Position numbers and translations under genes: made by a program. Below are positions 1 through 8,470 of a stretch of DNA of 29,103 nt, one piece after another. The stretch is from Flavobacteriales bacterium. GTDB lineage: Bacteria > Bacteroidota > Bacteroidia > Flavobacteriales_D > Sanyastnellaceae. Each line of letters starts with the position of its first letter. Within the stretch, counting starts at the first letter, position 1. The notes below the pieces were generated by a model. It did no database searches. It saw only the letters and a list, made by a program, of their open reading frames with translations, and was not told the origin of the DNA. The stretch is taken from positions 1-29,103 of the forward strand of contig CANHYZ010000001.1 in assembly GCA_947464885.1 (NCBI GenBank), read 5' to 3'.

Positions 1-984
1 ACGTATGTTCATGACTCCCTCCAGTAAGGGTTCGCCCGGGAAAAGCCCTCGAAATTGAATCGTGTAGGTCTTATCGTTTAAACTGTCGCTGACGGATACC
101 ACGTCATAGGTGTAGCTTAACATCGCGCCTTCACCAATTGGCGATAAGATCTTTTTATCACACACGGCAGGAACGTGCAGCAAGCGCGCGTAGACGTCAT
201 ATTCATGAAATCCCAGTGTGGAATTCAGCACATAATTATCGTCGTATGCCCATTGCTGCGGGATGATTTCCGACTCACCATAGCTCATGGAAACGGTGGC
301 TCCTGCAGAATTTTCTCGAGGCTTGTCCTTTGAATATTCCTGCACACCCTGTACACTCTCCGCGTAACGTCCGGGCGCTTGCCAATGGGCCACGCATTGC
401 GCTTCACTGAGGTGATATTGCAGCGTGATTAACGGGCGGTTCTTACGACTCTCTTTGGTTTGAGTCGAATCCCCCTTGACGCTTGCAGTATCAGGGGTAA
501 GGTATTGCACCGATGTCCGGGTATAGGAATTATACTGCAAGGGTTCACCGGAACCGTTGAAGTGTGCGCTTCTGGCATCAATGGTTTTGGAGACAACCTC
601 ACGAGCGAGGTCACGCCGGTCGGCAAAAACAGCCACTGCTGCGAGCTCATTTTCAGCAGCACGCATCACCAGGGTTAATTGCTGCCGCCCTGAATACCCG
701 AGATTGATGAGTGTATCAGCGTCCACATATCCAATCATGTGCGCCTTGAGATGATAGTTACCGGGCACAAGTGGCAATGAAAACGCCCCTTCTTCAGATG
801 ACGTTATCCCTTTGATTTTTCCGGTAGATAGGTTCGTGCACGCAACGGTGACGAAAGGAACAGCGTTTCCATTATCACTAACAACCTTTCCCGAAAGCAC
901 CGTTTGCTGCGAGAAGACCTCGACGGAAGTGAATAGAAAAATGGCTATTGCGGCTAACTTGAACACGGGCTGAATTGAATTCAA
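1..984 (-). CDS. DUF5686-type / carboxypeptidase-regulatory-like domain outer-membrane protein, 3' end beyond the window
   Basis: Hand translation gives an open frame from TTG 984 (alternative GTG 966; in-frame TAA upstream at 991-993) to the window edge. It reads as a signal peptide (AAIAIFLFTSVEVFS|QQ), then TVLSGKVVSDNGNAVPFVTV...GAFSLPLVPGNYHLKAHMIGY (CarboxypepD_reg-like), then ...ILSPIGEGAMLSYTYDVV...YTIQFRGLFPGEPLLEGVMNI. Absent from the ORF track because there is no stop codon in the window. Confidence 0.8.
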   Translation of the reverse strand, partial: MNSIQPVFKLAAIAIFLFTSVEVFSQQTVLSGKVVSDNGNAVPFVTVACTNLSTGKIKGITSSEEGAFSLPLVPGNYHLKAHMIGYVDADTLINLGYSGRQQLTLVMRAAENELAAVAVFADRRDLAREVVSKTIDARSAHFNGSGEPLQYNSYTRTSVQYLTPDTASVKGDSTQTKESRKNRPLITLQYHLSEAQCVAHWQAPGRYAESVQGVQEYSKDKPRENSAGATVSMSYGESEIIPQQWAYDDNYVLNSTLGFHEYDVYARLLHVPAVCDKKILSPIGEGAMLSYTYDVVSVSDSLNDKTYTIQFRGLFPGEPLLEGVMNIR

Positions 985-1102
985 AAGTACTTACAACGAC
1001 CTTTACACGTAGCGAACTGAATTTCTTTCTATGTGTTCTTGCAAACTCACCGATATGTTAAGAAGTATGCATTTTGAGAGCACACAACAAGATTTGTTTC
1101 TC

Positions 1103-1110
1103 TATCTTTG
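1103..1110 (+). promoter_or_regulatory. Bacteroidota -7 promoter box (TATCTTTG) upstream of the 1176 CDS
   Basis: Exact TAnnTTTG match 65 nt upstream of ATG 1176. No correctly spaced -33 TTG seen. Confidence 0.55.
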
Positions 1111-1175
1111 ATACAACTGTAAGTGTCTGCACCCGTTGCGGACTTTAACCTTAACAAACAACCAAATTTCTATCC

Positions 1176-4100
1176 ATGAAAAAACTGTTTACCTTATGGC
1201 TGGCTTTGTTCGCCGGCACAGTGATGGTCGCTCAGACGGAGCACCAAGAATCCGGCGTTATCGTATCCTCCTCCTTTCACATCACTCGTCCGCTCTCGGA
1301 GATCTTCACCGAGAACCCCGTTGACGAGTCAAAATTCGTCAAGAAAGAATCATCCGATCGTCAACACCGTGAGGCAACCAAATTCGAGTTCACACCCGAA
1401 GATGGAGCACAGTATGACAACGATCCATCCACCATGCAAACAGCAATGGGTGATAAGCCTAGTATGGGTTACAAAGCCAACTGGGCCGGACAAACTGCTG
1501 CCGGATTTCGTCCCTATGACCCATCCGGAGCAGTAGGTCCGAACCACTACATCCAGATGATCAATGCTACGGTTTTCAAAGTGTACGATAAAAACACGGG
1601 AACTGTATTGTTGACCGGAACACTGGGTAACCTGTGGTCTCCCGCTACAGGCAACAACGGTGACCCGATTGTCATGTACGACAAAGCTGCTGACCGTTGG
1701 TTTCTGGCTCAATTCGGAACATCTACTGACCGTAAGATTTACATCGCGGTATCTACTACCAACAATCCTCTGGGTTCATACTACACGTACACCTATGTAT
1801 CGCCTCAGTTCCCGGATTACCTGAAGTTCAGCGTATGGCAAGACGGTTATTACATGACCTCTAACCAATCGACACAGAAAGTATTTTGTTTTGAGCGCAC
1901 AGCGATGCTCGCCGGTACTCCCGGAGCGCGTTCGGTGTATGTGAACTATACGCCACCCAAGGCCGGCTTCTTTGTTCCACTGCCCGGCGACGCCGCTGAT
2001 GGCACATTACCTGCTGCAGGAACTCCGTGCCCTATTGTTTCATACGAAGACAACAACTGGGGAACTGCCTATGTTGACCGCGTGAACCTTTACAACATGA
2101 CGGTAAACTGGACGCCAACAACACCAACGGCGACCATTACCCTTGCTTCACAACTTCCTGTTGCAGCATTCAACTCTACATATAACGCAAGTTGGAACGA
2201 TGTATCGCAGCCAGGCACCACACAAAAACTCGACGGTATTGGCGGAGCGATGATGTATCGCGCGCAATGGAAATCATGGAGTGGTTACAACACTATGCTC
2301 CTGAATTGGGCTGTTCAAATCAGCACCACACAGCGCAGCATCAAGTGGGTTGAATTGCGTCAGAACCAAAGCACAGGTGTATGGTCGGTCTACCAAGAAG
2401 GTATTTATACACCGGATGCCAGCACCCGCTGGATGGGCTCCCTTTGTATGGACAACAACGGCTCTATCGGTTTGAGCTACTTGAAGGCCAATTCAACGAG
2501 CATCTACCCCGGTCTTTACTATACCGGCCGTCGCTCATGCGATCCGCTGGGAACAATGCCTGTTACCGAGACCTTGGTTGTAGCCGGTACAGGCTCACAA
2601 ACCGGTGGTAACCGCAACGGTGACTACGCACACCAGTGTTTGGATCCTGACGGTGTCACCTTCTGGAGCACCAGCGAATATATGGGTGGGGCTACCGGAA
2701 CAAGTGCTGCACGCACCCGTGTATTCTCCTATCAAATTGCACCCTGCAGCATTACAGCTGGCGTATCCATCGCGGTAACCAGTGGGTCTAACCCAACGTG
2801 TTCAGGTGCTAATGTGACGTTTACTGCCACTCCTACCAATAGTGGTTCTGCTCCGGTTTATCAGTGGAAGGTGAACGGCACCAACGTGGGTACAAACGCA
2901 GCTACTTACAGCTCCTCCTCATTTGCCAGTGGCGATGTTGTTTCTTGTGTAATGACCTCAAACCAAAGCGGAGTAATCGGAAGCCCGGCAACATCAAACG
3001 CCATCACAGTTACAGTAAATGCTCCTTCAGCTCCTGCTCTTAGCATCGCACTTACTTCAGGGACTAATCCAAGCTGTGCCGGTGCATCTGTTACATTCAC
3101 AGCTACAGCAACCAATGGTGGTAGCACACCTTCATATGCATGGTCGGTAGACGGGATTGCTGCCGGAACAAACTCAGCAACTTTCTCAACCACCACGCTT
3201 ACCAGCGGTGCGGTTGTGGCATGCACACTTACATCGAGTTCATCTTGCGCAACAACACCAAACGCAAGTAGCAATAGCATTACGATGACCGTGAATCCAT
3301 CTGTGGCTCCTGCCGTTAGTATTGCAATTACAGCCGGAACCAATCCGGCCGCATCAGGATCTTCCGTTACGTTCACAGCGACTCCAACCAATGGTGGAAC
3401 AACTCCGGCGTACCAATGGAAAGTCAACGGAACCAACGTTGGAACCAACAGCGCGACCTACACCACCACCACACTTACCAACGGTGCGGTCGTTACCTGC
3501 GTTATGACATCCAATGCTACTTGCGCCGTTCCTGCTTCAGCAACAAGCAGCGGTATCACCATGTCGATTACCGGCGGAACAACAACCTACTGCTCTGCTA
3601 CAACTACTGCAGCGAATGCGACCACTTCATTTGAATACATCCGTAAGGTAGTATGTGGTTTTAGCAAGACATCCAATGCTTCAACGTACTCAAACTTCAC
3701 AACAACAACTACTACTGTTGTTCGTGGTGCAACCCGTACGTTCGCCATTACCGTTAATAACAACTTCACTACCGACCAAGTCCTTATTTGGTGTGACTGG
3801 AACCGCGACGGTGACTTTATCGATGCCGGCGAAAACGTTTACACCTCTGTTCTTGGCGGAGCCTACAGCGGAAGCTTTGTCATTCCGACCACTGCAAGCA
3901 TTGGTGCCGTGCGCATGCGCATCCGTTTGACCGACACCGCTTCCGGTGCAAACGCCACACCATGCGGTGTATCAAGCTATGGTGAGGTGGAAGACTACAC
4001 CTTGAATGTGGCAGCTGCAGGTGTTATGACCGATGAAGAAGATACGCGCGCTGACATTGCTGCAACACGCGACAATGATGAGCTTGTATCCCTGGAATCC

Positions 4101-4331
4101 ATCAACCTCAATGTGTATCCGAATCCAAACAATGGTAGCTTCACCGTTAAGGCCCTCAACGAAGGAACCTACTATTTGATGAACGAAGCAGGTCAATTGG
4201 TGAAGTCATTCACGGTGAATGCCGATAACAGCTTTACCTACCAAATCGAAAACCTGACTGTTGGATTCTACGTTCTTTCAGGACAAAACAAACAGGGTGT
4301 TTCAAAGCAAAAAATTGTAGTGACAAACTAA
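1176..4331 (+). CDS. T9SS-secreted protein: uncharacterised N-terminal domain + 3 Ig-like repeats + GEVED domain + type A CTD
   Basis: Signal peptide (VMVA|Q). Conserved-looking domain with DPSGAVGPNHYIQMIN, GDPIVMYDKAADRWFLAQF and RNGDY...DPDGVTFWSTSEY. Three 92-aa beta-rich repeats. The motif YGEVEDYTLNV. C-terminal NVYPNPNNGSF...GFYVL...QKIVVTN. Confidence 0.9.
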   Translation: MKKLFTLWLALFAGTVMVAQTEHQESGVIVSSSFHITRPLSEIFTENPVDESKFVKKESSDRQHREATKFEFTPEDGAQYDNDPSTMQTAMGDKPSMGYKANWAGQTAAGFRPYDPSGAVGPNHYIQMINATVFKVYDKNTGTVLLTGTLGNLWSPATGNNGDPIVMYDKAADRWFLAQFGTSTDRKIYIAVSTTNNPLGSYYTYTYVSPQFPDYLKFSVWQDGYYMTSNQSTQKVFCFERTAMLAGTPGARSVYVNYTPPKAGFFVPLPGDAADGTLPAAGTPCPIVSYEDNNWGTAYVDRVNLYNMTVNWTPTTPTATITLASQLPVAAFNSTYNASWNDVSQPGTTQKLDGIGGAMMYRAQWKSWSGYNTMLLNWAVQISTTQRSIKWVELRQNQSTGVWSVYQEGIYTPDASTRWMGSLCMDNNGSIGLSYLKANSTSIYPGLYYTGRRSCDPLGTMPVTETLVVAGTGSQTGGNRNGDYAHQCLDPDGVTFWSTSEYMGGATGTSAARTRVFSYQIAPCSITAGVSIAVTSGSNPTCSGANVTFTATPTNSGSAPVYQWKVNGTNVGTNAATYSSSSFASGDVVSCVMTSNQSGVIGSPATSNAITVTVNAPSAPALSIALTSGTNPSCAGASVTFTATATNGGSTPSYAWSVDGIAAGTNSATFSTTTLTSGAVVACTLTSSSSCATTPNASSNSITMTVNPSVAPAVSIAITAGTNPAASGSSVTFTATPTNGGTTPAYQWKVNGTNVGTNSATYTTTTLTNGAVVTCVMTSNATCAVPASATSSGITMSITGGTTTYCSATTTAANATTSFEYIRKVVCGFSKTSNASTYSNFTTTTTTVVRGATRTFAITVNNNFTTDQVLIWCDWNRDGDFIDAGENVYTSVLGGAYSGSFVIPTTASIGAVRMRIRLTDTASGANATPCGVSSYGEVEDYTLNVAAAGVMTDEEDTRADIAATRDNDELVSLESINLNVYPNPNNGSFTVKALNEGTYYLMNEAGQLVKSFTVNADNSFTYQIENLTVGFYVLSGQNKQGVSKQKIVVTN
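2766..3570 (+). repeat. Three tandem 276-bp (92-aa) Ig-like coding repeats
   Basis: Units start at 2766, 3042 and 3318, each SIA(V/L/I)TxGxNP...VTFTATxTNxGxxPxYxWxVxG...GTNxAT(Y/F)...GxVVxCxxTS. Confidence 0.85.
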
Positions 4332-4350
4332 GCTCACCCTTGAGCATATC

Positions 4351-4380
4351 AAAAAGAGCTGCCTTCGGGCGGCTCTTTTT
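4351..4380 (+). terminator. Intrinsic terminator, probably bidirectional
   Basis: AAAAAGAGCTGCC-TTCG-GGCGGCTCTTTTT, 19 nt after the stop at 4331. Confidence 0.9.
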
Positions 4381-4466
4381 CGTTGGTAGAATTTCAAGAA
4401 TGGTCTCAAGCAACATACATCGAGTCAAAATGTCTTTTTGAAAATTGGATTAGCTTGCACGTTACT

Positions 4467-6815
4467 ATGAAATCGGTCTTAGGTCATTTTCTATCATTTA
4501 TAGTTCTGCTCGGCATTACTGCAACGGCTTTTGCGCAACAAGCAACCGTCACCTTGAGTGGCACGATCACCGAACAAGGCAGCGGTGAAACGCTGCCCGG
4601 GGTTGTTATCTATTGCAGCGAACTGAATCTCGGTACTTCCAGCAATGCCTATGGGTTCTATTCGCTCACCATTCCGCAAGGCAATTGGCAAGTTTCCTTT
4701 CGCTTAATCGGTTACCAAACCTCTACTGTTGCGCTCAACGGATCATCATCTATTCGAAAAGACATTTCACTCACCAAGGAAGAAGTAACCCTTGGTGAAG
4801 TAACCGTGAGCGGCGAGCGCAATGAATCTGTTGCTGAAGAATCGCGCATGAGCACGATTGATATCCCCATCGATCAGATTAAAAAAATACCGGCGCTATT
4901 CGGAGAGAAAGATGTACTCAAAGTCATCCAACTGATGCCCGGTGTGCAAAAAGGCAGTGAAGGCAGCTCCGGGTTTTATGTGCGTGGCGGTGGCCCTGAT
5001 CAAAACCTCATCATTCTTGATGACGCCGTAGTTTATAATGCCAACCACCTCTTCGGTTTCTTTTCCATCTTCAATGGTGACGCGTTGAAAAGTGTTGAAC
5101 TGGTGAAAGGCGGTTTTCCTGCGCATTATGGCGGACGACTATCCTCAGTGCTTGACATGCAATTGAAAGACGGTAATAAGGAAGCTGTGCACGGAGAAGC
5201 CGGTATCGGTATCATTTCTTCGAGACTTACGCTGGAAGGTCCCATCCGCAAAGGCAAATCATCGTGGATTGTTAGCGGTCGTCGCACCTACATTGATGCC
5301 TTGATTTATCCCTTCTTGCCGCGTGACGAAAAAGGAGGTTACTTCTTTTACGACTTCAATGCGAAAGTCAATTTCATTTTAAATGACCGCAATCGACTTT
5401 ATGTGAGCGGATACTTCGGCAAAGACAAATTTTACTTCCGAAGCAATGGCGAAGATAACAGCAGTTTTTATGGAAGTTTCCTTTGGCAAAATGCCACGGC
5501 GACAGCAAGGCTAAACCACATTATCGGCGACAAAGCGTTTAGCAATACTTCCCTTGTCTTTTCGAAATACAACCTTCAATTGGGTGTTACCGACGAACAG
5601 TCCAACGGTGATGCCTTCGATCTTCGATTCTTGAGTGGTATTCGCGACTGGACATTGAAACACGACATTGATTACTTGCCCAATTCCAAACACCACATCA
5701 AGCTTGGTGCTCAAACGACCTATCACCGCTTCACTCCCAGTGCAGTTGTGATCAAAAGTACCGATGCTCTCGAGGCCACCTTCGAAGACGAAATTTATGA
5801 CTGCTTCGAAAACGGTGTTTACCTGGAGGATGACTGGAAAATCAGCGCTCCCCTGAAAGCCAATTTCGGCGCGCGCGTGAGTCATTTCAACATGGGTAGC
5901 ACAAACTACTTCGGCATTGAACCACGTGTCAACTTGCGCTATATGCTGCGCGAAGACATGAGCATCAAAGGAAGTTATGCGCTCATGAATCAATACCTCC
6001 ACTTGTTGTCCAACACCGGCGTCGGATTGCCAACAGACTTGTGGGTTCCTGCAACCGAGCGTGTGCGACCACAGCGTTCCAACCAGGTTGCACTCGGCCT
6101 CGCTAAAGACATTACCAACCCGCGCCTAACCGTCACGCTCGAGGGGTATTACAAAACCATGTCGAACATTATTGGCTATAAAGAAGGCGCAAGTTTTCTC
6201 AGTGTCGGAGAATTTGGTGGAGAGGAAAAACTCACCTGGCAAGACAACGTTACCAGCGGCAACGGCACCAGTTATGGCGCGGAATTGTTGGTGCAGCGTA
6301 AAACAGGAAAACTCAGTGGCTGGATTGGATACACCCTTTCATGGACGACACTTCAATTCGATGAGCTCAACAATGGTGAACCCTTTTTCGCTCGTTACGA
6401 TCGTCGCCATGACCTGTCCATAGTCGGGATTTACGAATTGCGCGACAATCTCACTATCTCAGCCACCTGGGTTTACGGAACGGGACAAGCCATCACGCTG
6501 CCACTGGCGGATTACCAGACCATACCCAATGATCCCCTTTCAATTTCGCCTTTTGTGTATCCAACTGCATCAGTCGATTATGGACCCAAAAACAGCTTCC
6601 GAATGGCACCCTATCACCGTCTCGACATTGCTGCGCGATGGGATAAGAAACTACGCCGTTGTGAGCGCACATTTGAACTGGGGGTTTACAACGCTTACAA
6701 TCGAAGAAACCCATTTTTCTATAACATTCAAACTCGAGACAACGGCAGCAAATATCTGAGTCAGATTTCGCTCTTCCCTATTCTGCCATCCGTATCGTGG
6801 TCATACAAATTCTAA
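4467..6815 (+). CDS. TonB-dependent receptor
   Basis: ATG 4467 (MKSVLGHF...TAFA|QQ) preferred over the track start at 4383. CarboxypepD_reg-like N-terminus, plug motifs (DVLKVIQLMPGV, YVRGGGPDQNLIILD, GGFPAHYGGRLSSVLD) and a C-terminal aromatic strand (VSWSYKF). Confidence 0.92.
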   Translation: MKSVLGHFLSFIVLLGITATAFAQQATVTLSGTITEQGSGETLPGVVIYCSELNLGTSSNAYGFYSLTIPQGNWQVSFRLIGYQTSTVALNGSSSIRKDISLTKEEVTLGEVTVSGERNESVAEESRMSTIDIPIDQIKKIPALFGEKDVLKVIQLMPGVQKGSEGSSGFYVRGGGPDQNLIILDDAVVYNANHLFGFFSIFNGDALKSVELVKGGFPAHYGGRLSSVLDMQLKDGNKEAVHGEAGIGIISSRLTLEGPIRKGKSSWIVSGRRTYIDALIYPFLPRDEKGGYFFYDFNAKVNFILNDRNRLYVSGYFGKDKFYFRSNGEDNSSFYGSFLWQNATATARLNHIIGDKAFSNTSLVFSKYNLQLGVTDEQSNGDAFDLRFLSGIRDWTLKHDIDYLPNSKHHIKLGAQTTYHRFTPSAVVIKSTDALEATFEDEIYDCFENGVYLEDDWKISAPLKANFGARVSHFNMGSTNYFGIEPRVNLRYMLREDMSIKGSYALMNQYLHLLSNTGVGLPTDLWVPATERVRPQRSNQVALGLAKDITNPRLTVTLEGYYKTMSNIIGYKEGASFLSVGEFGGEEKLTWQDNVTSGNGTSYGAELLVQRKTGKLSGWIGYTLSWTTLQFDELNNGEPFFARYDRRHDLSIVGIYELRDNLTISATWVYGTGQAITLPLADYQTIPNDPLSISPFVYPTASVDYGPKNSFRMAPYHRLDIAARWDKKLRRCERTFELGVYNAYNRRNPFFYNIQTRDNGSKYLSQISLFPILPSVSWSYKF

Positions 6816-6816
6816 G

Positions 6817-7644
6817 ATGATGAAAAAAATTCTGTTTCTTTTTCTGCTTGCGCTATCACTATTCTCGTGTGAACAAGATGCCGATATCAAACTACCTGAA
6901 ACGGATCCCAAGTTGGTTGTATCGTGTTTCATTAGTCCTGACGTAGACTCGGTGATGGCCTTTATCGATTGGTCGCGCCCCGTATTCTCCTCCGAAGATG
7001 TAGAACGTCCAAACGACAATCTAGAGGTATCCATCACCGATGGAAGCAATGAAGCATTCTTTCAATACGACTTCAACATTGGTCAATACGTGTTGTCACT
7101 TGCCGAGTATCCTCTTGCCCTTGGCGTGGAATACACCCTGCGTGTTAAGGCTCCAACCGGAGAGGAAGTCGTGGCGCAAACAACTATACCCGCAGAGCTG
7201 CCATTGATAGAATCCGCGACACTGGACTCGAGCAACTACGTCAACAACTTTGGCGAAGAAATAAACGAGTTTATTTATAAAACAACACTCCGCGACAACT
7301 CAAGCGATTTCCAATACTACCGCTTTATCTACTACAATGAAGACTTCTGGTTTCCCGGCGAATCCTACAGTTATATTGAAGGCCAAAACTACCGAGATGA
7401 TGAATCATTGGTTGACGGTAAAATCTATGTAGAAGAAAATATCACCTACTACGGCTACAATGGAGCCGTTTCCAACAAACGTCTCGCTGTGCTCAATTGC
7501 AGCGAATCTTACTACCGTTACCACAAGACACTCCAAAATCAAAACTTCGGCAATCCTTTCGCAGAGCCCACGATTGTGTACAGTAATATCGAAGGCGGAC
7601 TGGGAGCGTTTGGAGCGTATAGGATGGTGGAAGTAGCGTACTAG
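6817..7644 (+). CDS. DUF4249-family lipoprotein, partner of the upstream receptor
   Basis: Lipobox LFSC, PKLVV near the N-terminus, and C-terminal NPFAEPTIVYSNIEGGLGAFGAY. Starts 1 nt after the receptor stop codon. Confidence 0.85.
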   Translation: MMKKILFLFLLALSLFSCEQDADIKLPETDPKLVVSCFISPDVDSVMAFIDWSRPVFSSEDVERPNDNLEVSITDGSNEAFFQYDFNIGQYVLSLAEYPLALGVEYTLRVKAPTGEEVVAQTTIPAELPLIESATLDSSNYVNNFGEEINEFIYKTTLRDNSSDFQYYRFIYYNEDFWFPGESYSYIEGQNYRDDESLVDGKIYVEENITYYGYNGAVSNKRLAVLNCSESYYRYHKTLQNQNFGNPFAEPTIVYSNIEGGLGAFGAYRMVEVAY

Positions 7645-7789
7645 TGACAAGTGACAAGTGACTAATGACAAATGGGCGCGGAGTTCTGTTTGTGCTGCGA
7701 GCGTTCATCCTTTCGCGAAAAAAAACGACTTAATCGACTTATTACATCTGTCAACTCATTCGTCACTAGTCATTCGTCACTGGTCACTA
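7642..7789. repeat. Imperfect inverted repeat made of heptamer arrays (A[G/A]TGACN)n with an ~82-bp spacer
   Basis: Left arm agtgaca-agtgaca-agtgact-aatgaca-aatg (7643-7674). Right arm read on the minus strand: agtgacc-agtgacg-aatgact-agtgacg-aatg (7757-7789). Confidence 0.75.
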
Positions 7790-7795
7790 CTTTTG
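7788..7795 (+). promoter_or_regulatory. -7 promoter box (TACTTTTG) for the PhnA-domain gene
   Basis: Exact TAnnTTTG match 19 nt upstream of TTG 7815, overlapping the end of the right heptamer arm. Confidence 0.6.
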
Positions 7796-7814
7796 TCGGA
7801 AACTGTAACCAACC

Positions 7815-8396
7815 TTGTCTTCCTTACTAACCACCCTAGCTGCGCGCAGCAACAACAGCTGCGAACTTTGTGCAGCTTCCTCATCGCTTAGCGTTTATGA
7901 ACTTCCACCTTCCGCTGATGGCAATGCGGATGACAGCATTTGCGTATGCGAAACCTGCAATGCTCAACTCACCAAACAAGCACCACTCGATGAAGCGCAT
8001 TGGAACTGTTTGCTCACCAGTATGTGGAGTGAGCATGTGCCCGTTAAAGTAGCGGCCTGGCGTATGCTTCAGCGCATGCGCAATGAAACATGGGCTGCCG
8101 ACGCACTAGACATGCTTTACCTCGATGATGAGCAACTAGCCTGGGCGCGATCAACGGGAGATCATGAGAACGATAGCGCCGTTCAATTTCACGTTGACAG
8201 CAATGGACAACGACTCAGTGACGGCGACACCATTGTTCTGATAAAAACCCTCGATGTAAAAGGTACGAGCTTTAGTGCACGTGCAGGTACGGTGGTCAAA
8301 AACATTCGCCTCGTCGCAGACAATGTCGAGCAAGTTGAAGGTAAAGTCGAGAATCAGCAGATTGTGATTTTGACCAAGTACACAAGGAAAGGATAA
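7815..8396 (+). CDS. phnA: PhnA-domain protein (long Bacteroidota form with N-terminal CxxC...CxxC)
   Basis: SCELC and VCETC motifs, HWNCLLTSMWSE, and C-terminal DSNGQRLSDGDTIVLIKTLDVKG...GTVVKNIRLV (PhnA domain). TTG start. Confidence 0.85.
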   Translation: MSSLLTTLAARSNNSCELCAASSSLSVYELPPSADGNADDSICVCETCNAQLTKQAPLDEAHWNCLLTSMWSEHVPVKVAAWRMLQRMRNETWAADALDMLYLDDEQLAWARSTGDHENDSAVQFHVDSNGQRLSDGDTIVLIKTLDVKGTSFSARAGTVVKNIRLVADNVEQVEGKVENQQIVILTKYTRKG

Positions 8397-8416
8397 ATCC
8401 GGTACTGCTTAAAAAA

Positions 8417-8442
8417 CAAGAGCGCACCATGGTGCGCTCTTG
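8417..8442. terminator. Perfect 26-bp palindrome between convergent genes, probable terminator
   Basis: CAAGAGCGCACCATGGTGCGCTCTTG, preceded by AAAAAA, which gives a U-tract for the minus-strand collagen transcript. Confidence 0.75.
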
Positions 8443-8470
8443 AAGTTTCTTTGGTTATGTTACTGACTTT

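Noticed and set aside
2906-3448. 180-aa antisense ORF
   Set aside because: A shadow of the repeated Thr/Ser/Ala-rich Ig-like region, whose codon use leaves few stops on the opposite strand.
4383-4466. Track N-terminal extensions (also at 10885, 15292, 16760 and 18525)
   Set aside because: Downstream ATGs give proper signal peptides, and several of the extensions run through terminators or promoter boxes.
4467-7644. TonB-dependent receptor + DUF4249 pair as a new system
   Set aside because: A common Bacteroidota gene pair with nothing unusual in this copy.
7642-7789. Possible CRISPR array or IS ends
   Set aside because: The units are 7 bp with no unique spacers, and there is no cas gene, transposase or clear target-site duplication.
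8417-8442. Perfect palindrome as an attachment site for the fibre module
   Set aside because: No second copy at the other end of the module, and its position and A-tract fit a terminator.
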